64,000 bases of DNA from a virus. Each line of letters begins with the position of its first letter. Position 1 is the stretch's first letter. Positions 8,757 to 19,800 of this stretch are shown piece after piece. The stretch is from positions 64,001 through 128,000 of the IMG/VR virus record IMGVR_UViG_3300019776_000961; one strand, given 5' to 3'. The translations under genes were made by a program, and so were the position numbers. A model generated the notes under the pieces. The model searched no databases. It was not told the DNA's origin and worked only from the letters and a program-made list of their open reading frames with translations.

Positions 8757-9189
8757 TTGGGACGAACATGCTTTAATTCTTGCTTTTGGTGCGACGCTAA
8801 GAAGCGAGGACCCGTACAAGAAAGTTGGTGCTTGTGCTTTGGATAAAAACAACCACGTCCTTGGTGTCGCATATAACGGACTTGCTACTGGTAAAATTGT
8901 ATCAGATTCGTTCTGGCTCGATCGCGATGCTAGGCGTCCGTATATGATTCATGCTGAGTCTAATTTATTAGCACGTGTAAAAGTTGGTGAAGCGCGTACT
9001 ATCGCTGTTACACTGCAACCTTGTCTTGCTTGCGCATCAGCTATTGTTGCTCACAGAATACCACGTGTAGTTTATTGTGAAACGTATTCAAAGGACTTAA
9101 AGGGATTAGATTTGTTATATTTCTATGGGGTTGAGGTAGTGCAAATTCCTAAAGATCAAATAATTAAACGTATACATGAAATTCATTGA
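8743..9189 (+). CDS. cd: dCMP deaminase
   Basis: RSEDPYKKVGAC, YNG, HAESN and QPCLAC zinc-deaminase motifs. Confidence 0.9.
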   Translation: MQRVNWDEHALILAFGATLRSEDPYKKVGACALDKNNHVLGVAYNGLATGKIVSDSFWLDRDARRPYMIHAESNLLARVKVGEARTIAVTLQPCLACASAIVAHRIPRVVYCETYSKDLKGLDLLYFYGVEVVQIPKDQIIKRIHEIH

Positions 9190-9655
9190 CATTATTTTAC
9201 AAAATAGTCAAGCTAAGGAAGCAAAATTATATGGGCCCTCGAAAAAAGCCTCAGAAAAACCAGAGACTGGTGTTGTAATACAAAATCCATCTGCATTTCA
9301 CGTTATTAAGGATTGTGCAACTCTTGCAAATAAATATCTTCCTCATTATATCTTTGGTTTGTATGCAAATCCCTTTGAAGTTCTAAAGGGTAAATTTACT
9401 AAGGCAGACGTAGAAGAATTTGTACAAAGCGCAAATTCTGATATTGTTCAATATCAACTTCTTGTTCTTATTCTCAAAAAAGCTCAGCAACTCGTAGGTG
9501 AGTCAAGTAATAGTACTGAACCAGTACCCTTTACTACTACAATATCATCTAACGATCCGTATGGTGAATATGAGTCATACTCTCAACCTGTTAATACAAC
9601 AAAATCTATGGATACAGTGACTATTATTTGTACTGCTTTCCAAGTTACTTCGTAA
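9176..9655 (+). CDS. Hypothetical protein
   Basis: 159-aa ORF overlapping the end of the deaminase gene; no family recognised. Confidence 0.65.
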   Translation: MKFIDIILQNSQAKEAKLYGPSKKASEKPETGVVIQNPSAFHVIKDCATLANKYLPHYIFGLYANPFEVLKGKFTKADVEEFVQSANSDIVQYQLLVLILKKAQQLVGESSNSTEPVPFTTTISSNDPYGEYESYSQPVNTTKSMDTVTIICTAFQVTS

Positions 9656-9661
9656 TAAATA
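9656..9661 (+). promoter_or_regulatory. T4-late-like promoter box
   Basis: TAAATA, then 6 nt, then ATG at 9668. Confidence 0.6.
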
Positions 9662-9667
9662 TTATAT

Positions 9668-10027
9668 ATGAAGCTTATTGCTCCTTTACTCAAAATACAA
9701 AACCAGCTGCGTATATATCACTGGCAGTCAGAAACATACGGACAACATAAAGCTTTTGGTAAAGCTTACGAGTCTTTAGATGACTTAATTGATTCTTTTG
9801 TAGAGGTGTATATGGGTAAAAACGGTAAGACTCATGCATCGGTTACGTATAATTTTGAACTCGGTAATTTAGATGAGAACTATCTTACTATTATTGATTC
9901 ATATATTAGCTTTCTCGTTGACCTCAATGATATTTTTGATACAGAACCTGATACTGATTTGCTCAATATACGCGATGAAATGCTCGCTGTTCTTAACAGA
10001 TTAAAATACCTTCTCACTTTACAGTAG
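9668..10027 (+). CDS. Ferritin/Dps-like four-helix protein (DUF5856-like)
   Basis: QNQLRIYHWQ...QHKAFGKAYESLDDLIDSFVEVYMG and LLNIRDEML...RLKYLLTL; late-type box upstream. Confidence 0.75.
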   Translation: MKLIAPLLKIQNQLRIYHWQSETYGQHKAFGKAYESLDDLIDSFVEVYMGKNGKTHASVTYNFELGNLDENYLTIIDSYISFLVDLNDIFDTEPDTDLLNIRDEMLAVLNRLKYLLTLQ

Positions 10028-10098
10028 TATGTTTAAATTTATTTTTAGATATATAGGTCGGTTATTACTTCGTAGTAGAGACAAATACACGTATTAAT

Positions 10099-11049
10099 AT
10101 GTTTGGGTCTCTTTTTTTATCGGAGAAATTTTTTTCTATCGCTAAATATATTAATGCAGGGTTTCTCAAAAAAACTCTCTCTGTATTTTCTAAAAAATTA
10201 AATAATAATTTTCCAAATATTTGGAGCAATACACCTCACTGTATTGATTATGATAGAACTATAGTTTCTACTAGTAATTGGTCATGTACAGACTCTGAAG
10301 AGGCTTATAAAACACACGGACATAAAATATATGACGAAAAAAGTATTGTTTATAAATTAAACAAACAAGAATTTAGGGTGTATGAAACACCGACTACTGA
10401 TCAGAAGATAGCCTGTTTCGGTTGTAGTCAAACATTTGGAAGTGCATTACCAGATGAACACACCTGGGTGTATAAATTAAATGAAAAACTTGGGTTCGAT
10501 CAATATACATGCTACAATTATGGTCTTCAGGGTGCATCAAACGATACTATTAGTCGGTTAGTTTATAGTTTATTACAGACAGAAAAGCCAAATGCTGTAG
10601 TGTGTTTTTTTCCTGATATTTTTAGAGTTGAGTATTTTAATATGGGTAAAAGAGATGGCGATGTTCATAATTTTTGGCCTCGGGTTATACACGTTAATAA
10701 AAATATTAGCAGCGCTGAATACAATGCCTATACAACAGTTACTAATGAGTATAATGCATTTTTTAATTTTATTAAAAATTTTAAATTAATTGAAGCCCTT
10801 TGTGAGTTACACGATATACCGTTTGTGTGGTATACATGGTCGCTTGCGGTAGTTGGATTAGATGGTTGTATTATTAAAAGATATTTAAATTCAGATAGCT
10901 TAATTAAACCAGATGGTAGTTTAGTTGATCTATTAAAAGATAATCCTGAGTGTTGGAAGGATCTTGCAAGAGATAATATACACTTCGGTCCAGTGTTTAA
11001 TAACCTACTTGCAGAAGAGTTTAAAACACTATTGCTTAAAAAATTGTAA
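10099..11049 (+). CDS. SGNH/GDSL hydrolase-like protein
   Basis: Block I IACFGCSQTFG, block II NYGLQGASND, and C-terminal DNIHFG (DxxH). Start position uncertain. Confidence 0.65.
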   Translation: MFGSLFLSEKFFSIAKYINAGFLKKTLSVFSKKLNNNFPNIWSNTPHCIDYDRTIVSTSNWSCTDSEEAYKTHGHKIYDEKSIVYKLNKQEFRVYETPTTDQKIACFGCSQTFGSALPDEHTWVYKLNEKLGFDQYTCYNYGLQGASNDTISRLVYSLLQTEKPNAVVCFFPDIFRVEYFNMGKRDGDVHNFWPRVIHVNKNISSAEYNAYTTVTNEYNAFFNFIKNFKLIEALCELHDIPFVWYTWSLAVVGLDGCIIKRYLNSDSLIKPDGSLVDLLKDNPECWKDLARDNIHFGPVFNNLLAEEFKTLLLKKL

Positions 11050-12472
11050 TACCTGTCTGTAAGTTAAACTCGTGCGCATCAGCAAATGTATTAACGAGCG
11101 GGTATCCTTTAATGTTGAGTGAGGTATTAAGTAGAAGTGGTATACCTGTTTCGCGATACCATTCTTCTAAAATAGGCCGAAGAACAGTATTACAGTCTTT
11201 ACTTACGGTTTGCACTCTAGAAGTCTTATCTCTGTGTGTAACACCGGGATACGCAAGATGTAATTTATTCTTAAACGTATAATTCATAAATCGTGATTCA
11301 TCAATACATGTATTAAAGACATTGTGAAAATGTTCTTCTAAAATTGCAGGTGCAAACGGTCTAAACTTCTCACGTCGCTTGATTAAATTAACATTCTCTC
11401 TTGTATTTTGTCCGCGTGGGTCTGCGAGTAACGATCTATTACCAAGAGCTCGCGGACCAAATTCAGCTTTTCCATTTGCTATACCCACAGCTTTACCTTT
11501 TTTCAGCGTATCTATAACTTGATCAATATTAACCCTGCGTTGAATATCATAACCTATATACGGATTGTATATATGCTTTTGTTTAAAATAAGCTAAACCA
11601 GCGCCGTAACTATTACCTGCATCGCCTGCATTAGGGAATACCCAAACATTATCAAAAAGACTTCTATAATGTGAGTTTGCAACACAATTCAATGCACAAC
11701 CTCCACTAAAACATGCATTTTTAATATCTGTGTATTGCATCTTAAAATAATTGCAAAGACCGAATGTGAGTTCTTCGTATATATCTTGTACGCTTGCTGC
11801 TAAATCAAATTTATTACTATAGTTAAATTTGACACCGGTGTGTAAATTCTCTTTCAACCGTATATCTGGATACTGTATGTCAAAAAAACGTTCATATATC
11901 TGTTTTTTATATGTTGGCTCACCATAAGCAGCCATGCCCATTAATATAAATTCTTCCTCGTTAGGTTTTAGACCGAGTAATTTCGTAAATGCACTGTAAA
12001 ACAAACCGAGGGAATGCGGGTATTGTTGGTTATATATCTTTGTTAATTCAACGCCTGATGATTTCCATACACTCATTGTATTAAATTCACCAATGCTATC
12101 AAAAACAAAAACAAGTGATTTGTCAAATGGTGCAGTATATGCAGCAGCTGCAGCATGAGAGTGATGATGATCAATATACTTGATGTCTACATCAATATCA
12201 AACTGCTTGAGATGTGTTCTCGGTAGCATATCCAATACTCTGACATCTCTTGTAAGAAGTTGACGTGCTTTTTTAATAAGTGGGCGATCTGACCATAGAA
12301 TTTGATCTGGTTTACCGTGTGTTAAAGCATATTCAATAAGCTCACTATTAAGGTGTGGGTCATTTTTAATACGACTAAATCTCTCACTGTGTGATGCGAA
12401 TATAGGTGCACCGTTCTTGAAGACTGTTAGAGATGCATCGTGGTTAAGAGCGTTAATACCCCAAGCTATCAT
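11036..12472 (-). CDS. O-carbamoyltransferase, NodU/CmcH/TobZ family
   Basis: GINALNHDAS, HHHSHAA, FSGGCALNCVAN, AGDAG, EFGPRALGNRSLLADPR, RPFAP and LNTSLN. Start MIAWG at 12472. Confidence 0.93.
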   Translation of the reverse strand: MIAWGINALNHDASLTVFKNGAPIFASHSERFSRIKNDPHLNSELIEYALTHGKPDQILWSDRPLIKKARQLLTRDVRVLDMLPRTHLKQFDIDVDIKYIDHHHSHAAAAAYTAPFDKSLVFVFDSIGEFNTMSVWKSSGVELTKIYNQQYPHSLGLFYSAFTKLLGLKPNEEEFILMGMAAYGEPTYKKQIYERFFDIQYPDIRLKENLHTGVKFNYSNKFDLAASVQDIYEELTFGLCNYFKMQYTDIKNACFSGGCALNCVANSHYRSLFDNVWVFPNAGDAGNSYGAGLAYFKQKHIYNPYIGYDIQRRVNIDQVIDTLKKGKAVGIANGKAEFGPRALGNRSLLADPRGQNTRENVNLIKRREKFRPFAPAILEEHFHNVFNTCIDESRFMNYTFKNKLHLAYPGVTHRDKTSRVQTVSKDCNTVLRPILEEWYRETGIPLLLNTSLNIKGYPLVNTFADAHEFNLQTGITIF

Positions 12473-12549
12473 AATAACGTAATTATTTAAACATTTTTTC
12501 AAATAATCATAGGAAAAAAGTTCCTTAAAGCTTAATTATTTAAACATAT

Positions 12550-12732
12550 ATGGTCAAGCTTATAAAAAAGATTGCAGGTGAATTTTTTGATTTCACGGGA
12601 AAGAGCAAGACCGAAGCAAATAGTGAGGCTGAGCCGGTATTAAAAACCCGCGCACAATTAATACAAGAGGGTAAGAGTGCTTACTTACCGAAGCGTGTGA
12701 AACATGGCCACCCTTTAAATATAAAGCTCTAG
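12550..12732 (+). CDS. Small basic hypothetical protein
   Basis: 60-aa ORF filling the gap between two minus-strand genes; stop overlaps the stop of the convergent gene. Confidence 0.55.
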   Translation: MVKLIKKIAGEFFDFTGKSKTEANSEAEPVLKTRAQLIQEGKSAYLPKRVKHGHPLNIKL

Positions 12733-13673
12733 CCGAGATCTTTTATACCCACTGCTAGAAACGCACCAGCTCCCGATGAGCCGTTAAGGTGTTGTAATGC
12801 TAATACTAGTACAGGGGGTGTTGCTCCACCCGATAGTGTAATAACACTTGCACCTTCGTCGTTTGCTGCGTTTTTGCCAGCAAAGACACCGGAATGTTTA
12901 ATAGTTGAAAGAGCTCCCTGTATAGTACTACTGGTTGGGCTTCCGGATAAGAAGCAATACTGTATGTCTGTGGTGAGGTCACCCCAATTAGTAGTAGCAG
13001 ATAATATTGGATTCAAATACCACCTATACCCGCATATATGAGCAGTATCAGTGTTAATTATTGAATATTCATCAATGATAATAGAACGTGTACTGTTGGG
13101 TTTTACTCTTAGTGCGAACATTGGTCTTTCTGCATTTGTGAAATCAAATCCGCCTGTACCGTAAACATCAAAACTATCAATACTGTAATATGTACCTGTC
13201 GGTTCTTTTATTGAAACTTCAAGTGACGTTATAGCTTGATTAAAGCTTTGATTAAACATATTTACAGCAGTTATTGTATCAAAAGTATTAAGATCGATAG
13301 CACTTAAAGCTATAAAACTCTGTGTCTCTTGCGCAAGCAAAGCCTGATTATTAGCTAATAAACTTGCAAGAGTAGCGTTTGTTGCTGTGAGTGGTGCAAG
13401 ATTAATAGCTACATTGCTGCCTGATATATTAACAACTTGACTAATATCACTAGGGTTAGTAATATGAGATAGTATAGCGTATTTAGGATATATATCCGTT
13501 GTTGTGAGTGGTGCAGCAAATGTATTTTCTGGAAATGCTTGTGATCTATCAGGGTATTCAACTCTAGTAACAGAAATAGCAGGAAAATCGCTACTTGTTA
13601 GCTGTAAAAATTTACCGTATTCAGCTGTTTGATAATTACTTACTACATTAGTTATGCCTTCATATATCGACAT
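12729..13673 (-). CDS. Probable virion structural protein
   Basis: Ser/Thr/Ala-rich with a beta-rich C-terminus; perfect TATAAATA 5 nt upstream; at the distal end of the baseplate cluster. Confidence 0.55.
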   Translation of the reverse strand: MSIYEGITNVVSNYQTAEYGKFLQLTSSDFPAISVTRVEYPDRSQAFPENTFAAPLTTTDIYPKYAILSHITNPSDISQVVNISGSNVAINLAPLTATNATLASLLANNQALLAQETQSFIALSAIDLNTFDTITAVNMFNQSFNQAITSLEVSIKEPTGTYYSIDSFDVYGTGGFDFTNAERPMFALRVKPNSTRSIIIDEYSIINTDTAHICGYRWYLNPILSATTNWGDLTTDIQYCFLSGSPTSSTIQGALSTIKHSGVFAGKNAANDEGASVITLSGGATPPVLVLALQHLNGSSGAGAFLAVGIKDLG

Positions 13674-13678
13674 ACGTA

Positions 13679-13686
13679 TATTTATA
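13679..13686 (-). promoter_or_regulatory. T4 late promoter consensus
   Basis: TATAAATA, then 5 nt, then ATG at 13673. Confidence 0.75.
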
Positions 13687-13715
13687 CAAATGCGCGTATA
13701 TTTCCAATAAAGTAA

Positions 13716-16700
13716 TTATGTACACACTGTGCCGAATGTATATACCTCGTTGTTAATATAACCTGCAGCTGAGCCTAATATAGTGTATGTTTCAAAATAC
13801 GGGCTTGTTCTCGGATTACTGAAATTGATATCGTATACGTCAGATCCTGGTTTATAAACTGTACTATCTATTACTGTTAAAACACCGTTTATGTATTTAA
13901 ACTGTATAGTAAAGATATAAAAACATTTAGCAAGATCTTTACCTGTATAGGTAATCTTGTATATACTGTCATTATTATTATAAGTTAATAATGGTTTATC
14001 TATCTCTACAATATTGAGTTCGATATTTCTACCTGATAATGAGAACATACTAATATCATTAAATGTAAGAGCTTCATCAGCAATTAAAGGATAAATCTGT
14101 TTGAGTCTAAGATTTTGTAGATTAAACGAGAATATTTTTGGATATATAATCTTATAATTAGATCCGCTATATTGATTGAATATCGTGGTTTTACAAACTA
14201 GTAATTCATTATTTGCTTCATCAAACCATACTGTTGAATTTTTTTCAAGTAACTGATAATCCCCGCGATAGATAAAATTAATACCTGCACCACCGCCAGC
14301 AACAGTATTGGTACCGTAATCAAATATTATCTGTTCAAAAACTGTATAATTAGTTGTCTCAAATTGCACAACATCATAATAAACATCGATATTAATTATA
14401 TTATTGTTTAATTCGTTACGTATATCGGTTGGGTATTTAGCAAATACTGCGCTAAGTGCTGCAGAGGCAGGCAACAAGGAAGAGCTGTTAGAATTACGAT
14501 AGTAAAGATCGCCGTTAATTGTATTTTTACTATCATAAATAGATACACGATCCGGAATTCCTGAAAGTGTGTTATCGACAATTGTCGATCTGCCGGGTAT
14601 ATGTATATCTGCAAAATTTGTTGGCTCTACATACAGACTTATATTTCCTACTGTTATAGTCTTGCAAGGCTCTTCGCCATTTACTGTAAACAAATAGCCA
14701 TCACAATCTGAAATTACAGAAGCAGGTGGTGTGAATGTAAAATTAGGAGGATTAGCAAATGTTGCGTTATAATACGGTGGATTGGTACCAGGACCGGAGC
14801 TACTCCCCGTGCCTGCATCTACAAGAATATTATAATAAAGAGTATTGTCTATTGGATTATAATTAGATGTATCGGAACCTACGTCTGGTAGCAATGTACC
14901 ATCCGGTAAGGTGAACGTCTGGCCATCATATGATATACAGTTATAGTCAGTAACAACGGTATCTGTGCAAAAGATCTCCGGTTGATAAGGATAAGAGAAT
15001 AAATTAGCAGCATCAGCTGTTAGTCTGAATGATGCGGTAACATTTGAAACTTCCTTACCGTTTCTAAAAATCGGTACAGGTACTTCATTAGTTACAGTCT
15101 TAAGAGTTACACCTGAATAATTTTTGTCGACGTTTACCTCACTATAGTCGAAATTATATCCTGATACTGGATCTTTAAAAGCATATCCGTCAATAATTTG
15201 ACAAAACGCTGATTTAATTGTATCACCTTGTTGTTGTGCAAAAGTGTATTGCGGGGTTATTTCCTTATAAAGACCGTATTCATTACCGTAAACGTCATTT
15301 TTGTATTGTACAAGAGTTTTATTAACAGAGAGCAATCTCTGAGCTCTTTCTTGAATAGGGAATAAACCGTGCTGTATAAGCGGGAATACGTCCTGGTTAT
15401 TCCAGGTAGTACGCTTCGGGTCAGTAAAGAAGTCTTGTGCATCTACATATCTTGAAATACCGAAATTAGAAATATTAAGAGTTTGTTCTCTTGATTGATA
15501 TGCTCGAAATGTTTGAAAATAAAGATCTGTTGCTACATCACCAAAAGCATAACCGTTACCGAAATTTATCTTATTAAAATAGTTATGTTCCTTAAAAGTG
15601 AACGGTGTCTTAAATGTTAAATTTGTATTGCTTGTTACATTACCGTATTTTGTTGGGTCAGGAAAATAATAAACAGTATTAGGAATAAGATTCTGTCTAT
15701 CTATTACAGGGAAGAAATTGAAATTAGTAAAATTAGAGATACCTATCTTTGATGGTTTGAAGAAAAGACCTATTTCTTTTTCTGTTTTAAGGTATTCCGT
15801 ACTCGGTACTGCTGCAACGGTAGGAAAGCGCTTATTTAAAAAGTTTGCAGGTTCGTTTGTTGCAGTGAATAGTAAACCTGAGATATATTGTGTACCTGTT
15901 GAGTCTGTCTGCACATAATAAAAGTCTGATCCAATATAACTTTGTATTTCTTGTAATTGTAGAGAGAGATTAAGCGCAGCAACAGCTGATGTTGCGATTA
16001 AATTTGTATAGTCACTATCTTTTAAGTATTGAAGATCGGTAATGCGTACTGCAGGGTTTATTAGAAGATCGGGACCGAGTTCCTTTAAGTAAAACGGATA
16101 TGAAAGTATAGCACGTAAGAGTGAAAAATTTACGTTACGTGCAAGATCCGGATCTACTGTATATTGATTAAGTGAAAAATATTCAGCTCGTGTATCATTA
16201 TAGCTACCATACTCGCTTGCAGATGCGGTGGGGTTAATATCATAGTATGATGGATATAGATCGTATATATCTTCAATTTCAAATGTGGTATTGTTCTTAA
16301 TTGAAGAAATTGATAGATTAAGAGTAGCAATATCTGTTGTTATGTCATTTGCATTAAGAGAATTTACAAAAAGGTTGTAGAGTGTTGTTTCTATACCGTA
16401 ATTTGATCCCTTGAGATTATATTGTACAACAGCGGTTTTTGCAGTTGATCGTAAATTGACAAAGTAAAGACATACGTCCTTTATTTTTTTAGCAAAAAAC
16501 GGTACTACAAGTGTTAAATCACGTTGATTATTATAATCGAGATTGGAAATGTATCTTTGTTCATCAACTGTTGAATAGTTAAGAATAATTTCATGTAATA
16601 AACTTACATAATATTGTTGTACAATTTTTTCGCTATTTTCCTGTGATGTATTTGTAGTTTGAAACCAGTTATTAAGATATGACTGATATCTAACGAGAAA

Positions 16701-16850
16701 CTCTTGAGTATTCGAATAAAACGAACTGTTATATTGAACCCATTCAGTAAATGTAAGTGGCGCGTATTTATCCACCGGATTAGCTGGTGGATTAAGAGCA
16801 GTTATCGAATTTGCCAGTCGTTCATCGACGTATCTAGATAGTTCTGACAT
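13716..16850 (-). CDS. Large baseplate-associated structural protein with a gp7/P2-gpI-like N-terminal segment
   Basis: 1044 aa; KGSNYGIETTLYNLF resembles the KGT motif of wedge/gpI proteins; late box upstream; lies downstream of gp6 in the baseplate cluster. Confidence 0.55.
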   Translation of the reverse strand: MSELSRYVDERLANSITALNPPANPVDKYAPLTFTEWVQYNSSFYSNTQEFLVRYQSYLNNWFQTTNTSQENSEKIVQQYYVSLLHEIILNYSTVDEQRYISNLDYNNQRDLTLVVPFFAKKIKDVCLYFVNLRSTAKTAVVQYNLKGSNYGIETTLYNLFVNSLNANDITTDIATLNLSISSIKNNTTFEIEDIYDLYPSYYDINPTASASEYGSYNDTRAEYFSLNQYTVDPDLARNVNFSLLRAILSYPFYLKELGPDLLINPAVRITDLQYLKDSDYTNLIATSAVAALNLSLQLQEIQSYIGSDFYYVQTDSTGTQYISGLLFTATNEPANFLNKRFPTVAAVPSTEYLKTEKEIGLFFKPSKIGISNFTNFNFFPVIDRQNLIPNTVYYFPDPTKYGNVTSNTNLTFKTPFTFKEHNYFNKINFGNGYAFGDVATDLYFQTFRAYQSREQTLNISNFGISRYVDAQDFFTDPKRTTWNNQDVFPLIQHGLFPIQERAQRLLSVNKTLVQYKNDVYGNEYGLYKEITPQYTFAQQQGDTIKSAFCQIIDGYAFKDPVSGYNFDYSEVNVDKNYSGVTLKTVTNEVPVPIFRNGKEVSNVTASFRLTADAANLFSYPYQPEIFCTDTVVTDYNCISYDGQTFTLPDGTLLPDVGSDTSNYNPIDNTLYYNILVDAGTGSSSGPGTNPPYYNATFANPPNFTFTPPASVISDCDGYLFTVNGEEPCKTITVGNISLYVEPTNFADIHIPGRSTIVDNTLSGIPDRVSIYDSKNTINGDLYYRNSNSSSLLPASAALSAVFAKYPTDIRNELNNNIINIDVYYDVVQFETTNYTVFEQIIFDYGTNTVAGGGAGINFIYRGDYQLLEKNSTVWFDEANNELLVCKTTIFNQYSGSNYKIIYPKIFSFNLQNLRLKQIYPLIADEALTFNDISMFSLSGRNIELNIVEIDKPLLTYNNNDSIYKITYTGKDLAKCFYIFTIQFKYINGVLTVIDSTVYKPGSDVYDINFSNPRTSPYFETYTILGSAAGYINNEVYTFGTVCT

Positions 16851-16855
16851 GAAAA

Positions 16856-16861
16856 TATTTA
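16856..16861 (-). promoter_or_regulatory. T4-late-like promoter box
   Basis: TAAATA, then 5 nt, then ATG at 16850. Confidence 0.65.
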
Positions 16862-19800
16862 ATTGTTATATGTGATGTCAGCAGCAGATGTGAACAGTCT
16901 TAACCCTTTTGTTAGCTCATAACTAATAATGTTCTGCATTATACCATTATCTATTGACCAAGTGCTATAAGCACTATTATAAGGAGATAATGTGGTAAGT
17001 GGGTTCTTCCAATCAATAATATTATTATAATACCATGCTGTTGTTGGTGGTATATATGTATAGAAATTATAATACGCGTCAATATCAACACCTGATACAG
17101 TAGATGGTGCTACTAATCCCCAGCCCCAATTATAATTATAGGAGGATAACGGAAGAGGTGTATAGAACGCTGTTACCCCCGGTATACCGGAGAAATTAAC
17201 AATAGAATAAATTCCTGAAAATAACTCATATGCAACAACCGGGACACCGGTGCTTATAATACCAGTTACAGTAGAGATTTGTTCGCCTAAATTAACACCA
17301 TAATTGCTTGTTGGTTGTGGCGGATACGTACCGTAATTTTTAAAATTTTCATTAAATGAATTTTTATCACCCCATAATCTCTTATGGCTTATAGATAACA
17401 TATCTACAACACGTTTAAATTGAGGAGGGAACGGGTAATTGTATTGCTCGTATTGAATAGAAAGTTCGTTACAGAGTGAAACAAGAGCATCAATATTACA
17501 TGTTTCGATATTCGCTCTATTATCAACAAAATTAGCTACTCTCTCGTATATTTCCTTTCCAAGTTCGTATGGCTGAGCCTTTATATCACCAACAATACTC
17601 TTTAAGAATTGATCAAAGAAAATTTGCTTATCGAGTAATACTTCTTGAAAGCGTAATGAGTTGTAGAAAGAATGTGCATCAAAATCTTCATTAATTTTCA
17701 TTACACCGTAATGGCCGCCAGAAGGGTATATATTAAATGTAGCAGATGAGCCAGTAATAGTTCTAATAATAGAAGTAACTTGCATGTATTTGTTAATCCA
17801 GCGTGTGCCAAACCAGTCACCATAGGCTTGAAATTGATTTAATTCAAAATCAGAAAGCGGATAGTTTGTGGTATTTGGTGGAAGCGCTAGTGGCAATTGG
17901 TTAACTATATATGGTTTATTAGAGTCGGGATCACCTAACGTATCAACAACATAAATTTGTTTATCGTAGTTATTGATTGCCCATAGATAGCCTGCTGTAT
18001 CACATGCAATACCATTTAAACTACAAATATAATCGGTTTGATTGTGACCAGAGCCTGCTATGAAATCGGTTTTATTATTGGTAAAATGATCGACTTTAGT
18101 TATTGTCTCCCTATCATGTGATATCCATGCATTTTGTGAACCATCAATAGTAATATTGTCAATCATTCTAAAACCACCTATTGGATAACCAGGGTAAATA
18201 TTACCATCTTTATCGAACTTATATAGATAATCATTTCTTCCTGCAAATGATGCTGATGATGCGTTGTGATTAAACGTAGTTACATATATATAACCGTTTC
18301 TATCGATACAAGTTTCAATAGGTGCAATAACCGGTGGAAAAGGTATTACTGTGAGTAATGTTCCATATGTATCATATTTTACAAGTATATTAGAGACAGG
18401 ATGTGAGTATGTAGCCCAGACGTTATTTGTTAAGTCAGTATCAACTGATGAAGGTAGGAATAAGCCTTCGCCTGCAAAACCACTTAAAGCTGGCGCAAAA
18501 CCATAGCTACTCAGAAAATAATGAACATTAGATGTAGGAGAATTAGCGATAGATATAACGTTTCCGTTTATACCATCTATCTTTATTAGGTAACCTGAAT
18601 CACATAATGCAACCCATATATTACTATCGCTATCAAGAGCGATATTGCTCGGCGATGCGCATTGAAGCTCAGGATCACGGTAGTCAACAATAGACACCGT
18701 ACCAACATTGTTAATTAATGTTTTAGCTGCTGATAGCGAGATAGAGGATAATGTTTGTCCATATACGTCAATTTTAAATACTGTGTCATTTATACTATCC
18801 GCAAACCACGTTTGAAAATCGTTACCTTTTCCAGCTCCTGATGGAGCAACACAAATAGCAAGTGTATTATTATTGCCAGATGAGTTAGTATATAAGCTAC
18901 TACTTGTTAATGTTTCTGTTAGTGTACCGTAACAACTACTAAAGATTTGTTCTTTAAATATTCTATAGAGATAACCGTATTGAGGTATAGAGACCCACCC
19001 TACAAGACTATCTTTAGGGAAATTTGCTTGCTCTACAACGGTGACAGAAGCAGTAAGCGTACAGAAATTTGTAGCTTGATTAGATATAAAATAACCTTTA
19101 TAAAACCCACCAACTGACTGCGGAATATCGCTTGAAAAATCGTCATAGAATTTAACATCAGTGAGTGTATTTACATTTCCATCATCATCAGTGTAAATAA
19201 TGCCCATATTGACATTAAGTGCTGTAACACTGCTTAATATTGACCCGGTTGTGGATGAAGAAAGTGGTGGATATGTCTTTGTTGTAAAATTTTGATCATC
19301 TTTAAACTTAATAACAAAAGGAATCTCTGTACACTGCCAACTGATTGATGGTATATCAAAAGCGGTAGAGGAGAGAGTACCTTCGCCATCAATACCTGTT
19401 GTTGTTATTGATAGGTACGCAGCAGGGTCCTGTCTTATTTTAATAATAGGCAATACAGAGGGTTGGAAATTCTGTACACCGTAAGGCGGGTAATCAATAT
19501 AGTTAAATATATGCCTTCTTTCTGAAAAAGAGTCTTCAAAGAGTGCATTATCAAAAGTTGCAAAAAGGAAAATAGGAGGTTCTCTCGATGTAAAGTTTTT
19601 AGCTCTATCATCTACATAATAGATTTGATTAGCTCCTGTAGTACCAACAAAGAAGCTGCCTGTATCTGCTTGATTACAGATTTGTAATTTATTATCTGCA
19701 ATGCGTGCGAAAATTTCGTCAATATTTGCAGAAATAGATTCTACTTGTACGTATTGAAGGTTACCGTTTATAAATTGCTTCTCATAAAAACGACTCAAAA

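Noticed and set aside
10077-10120. AGAGAC...GTCTCT stem followed by a T-run after the ferritin-like gene
   Set aside because: The stem is interrupted, has a long loop and overlaps the only plausible start of the SGNH gene; could be a terminator but is not supportable.
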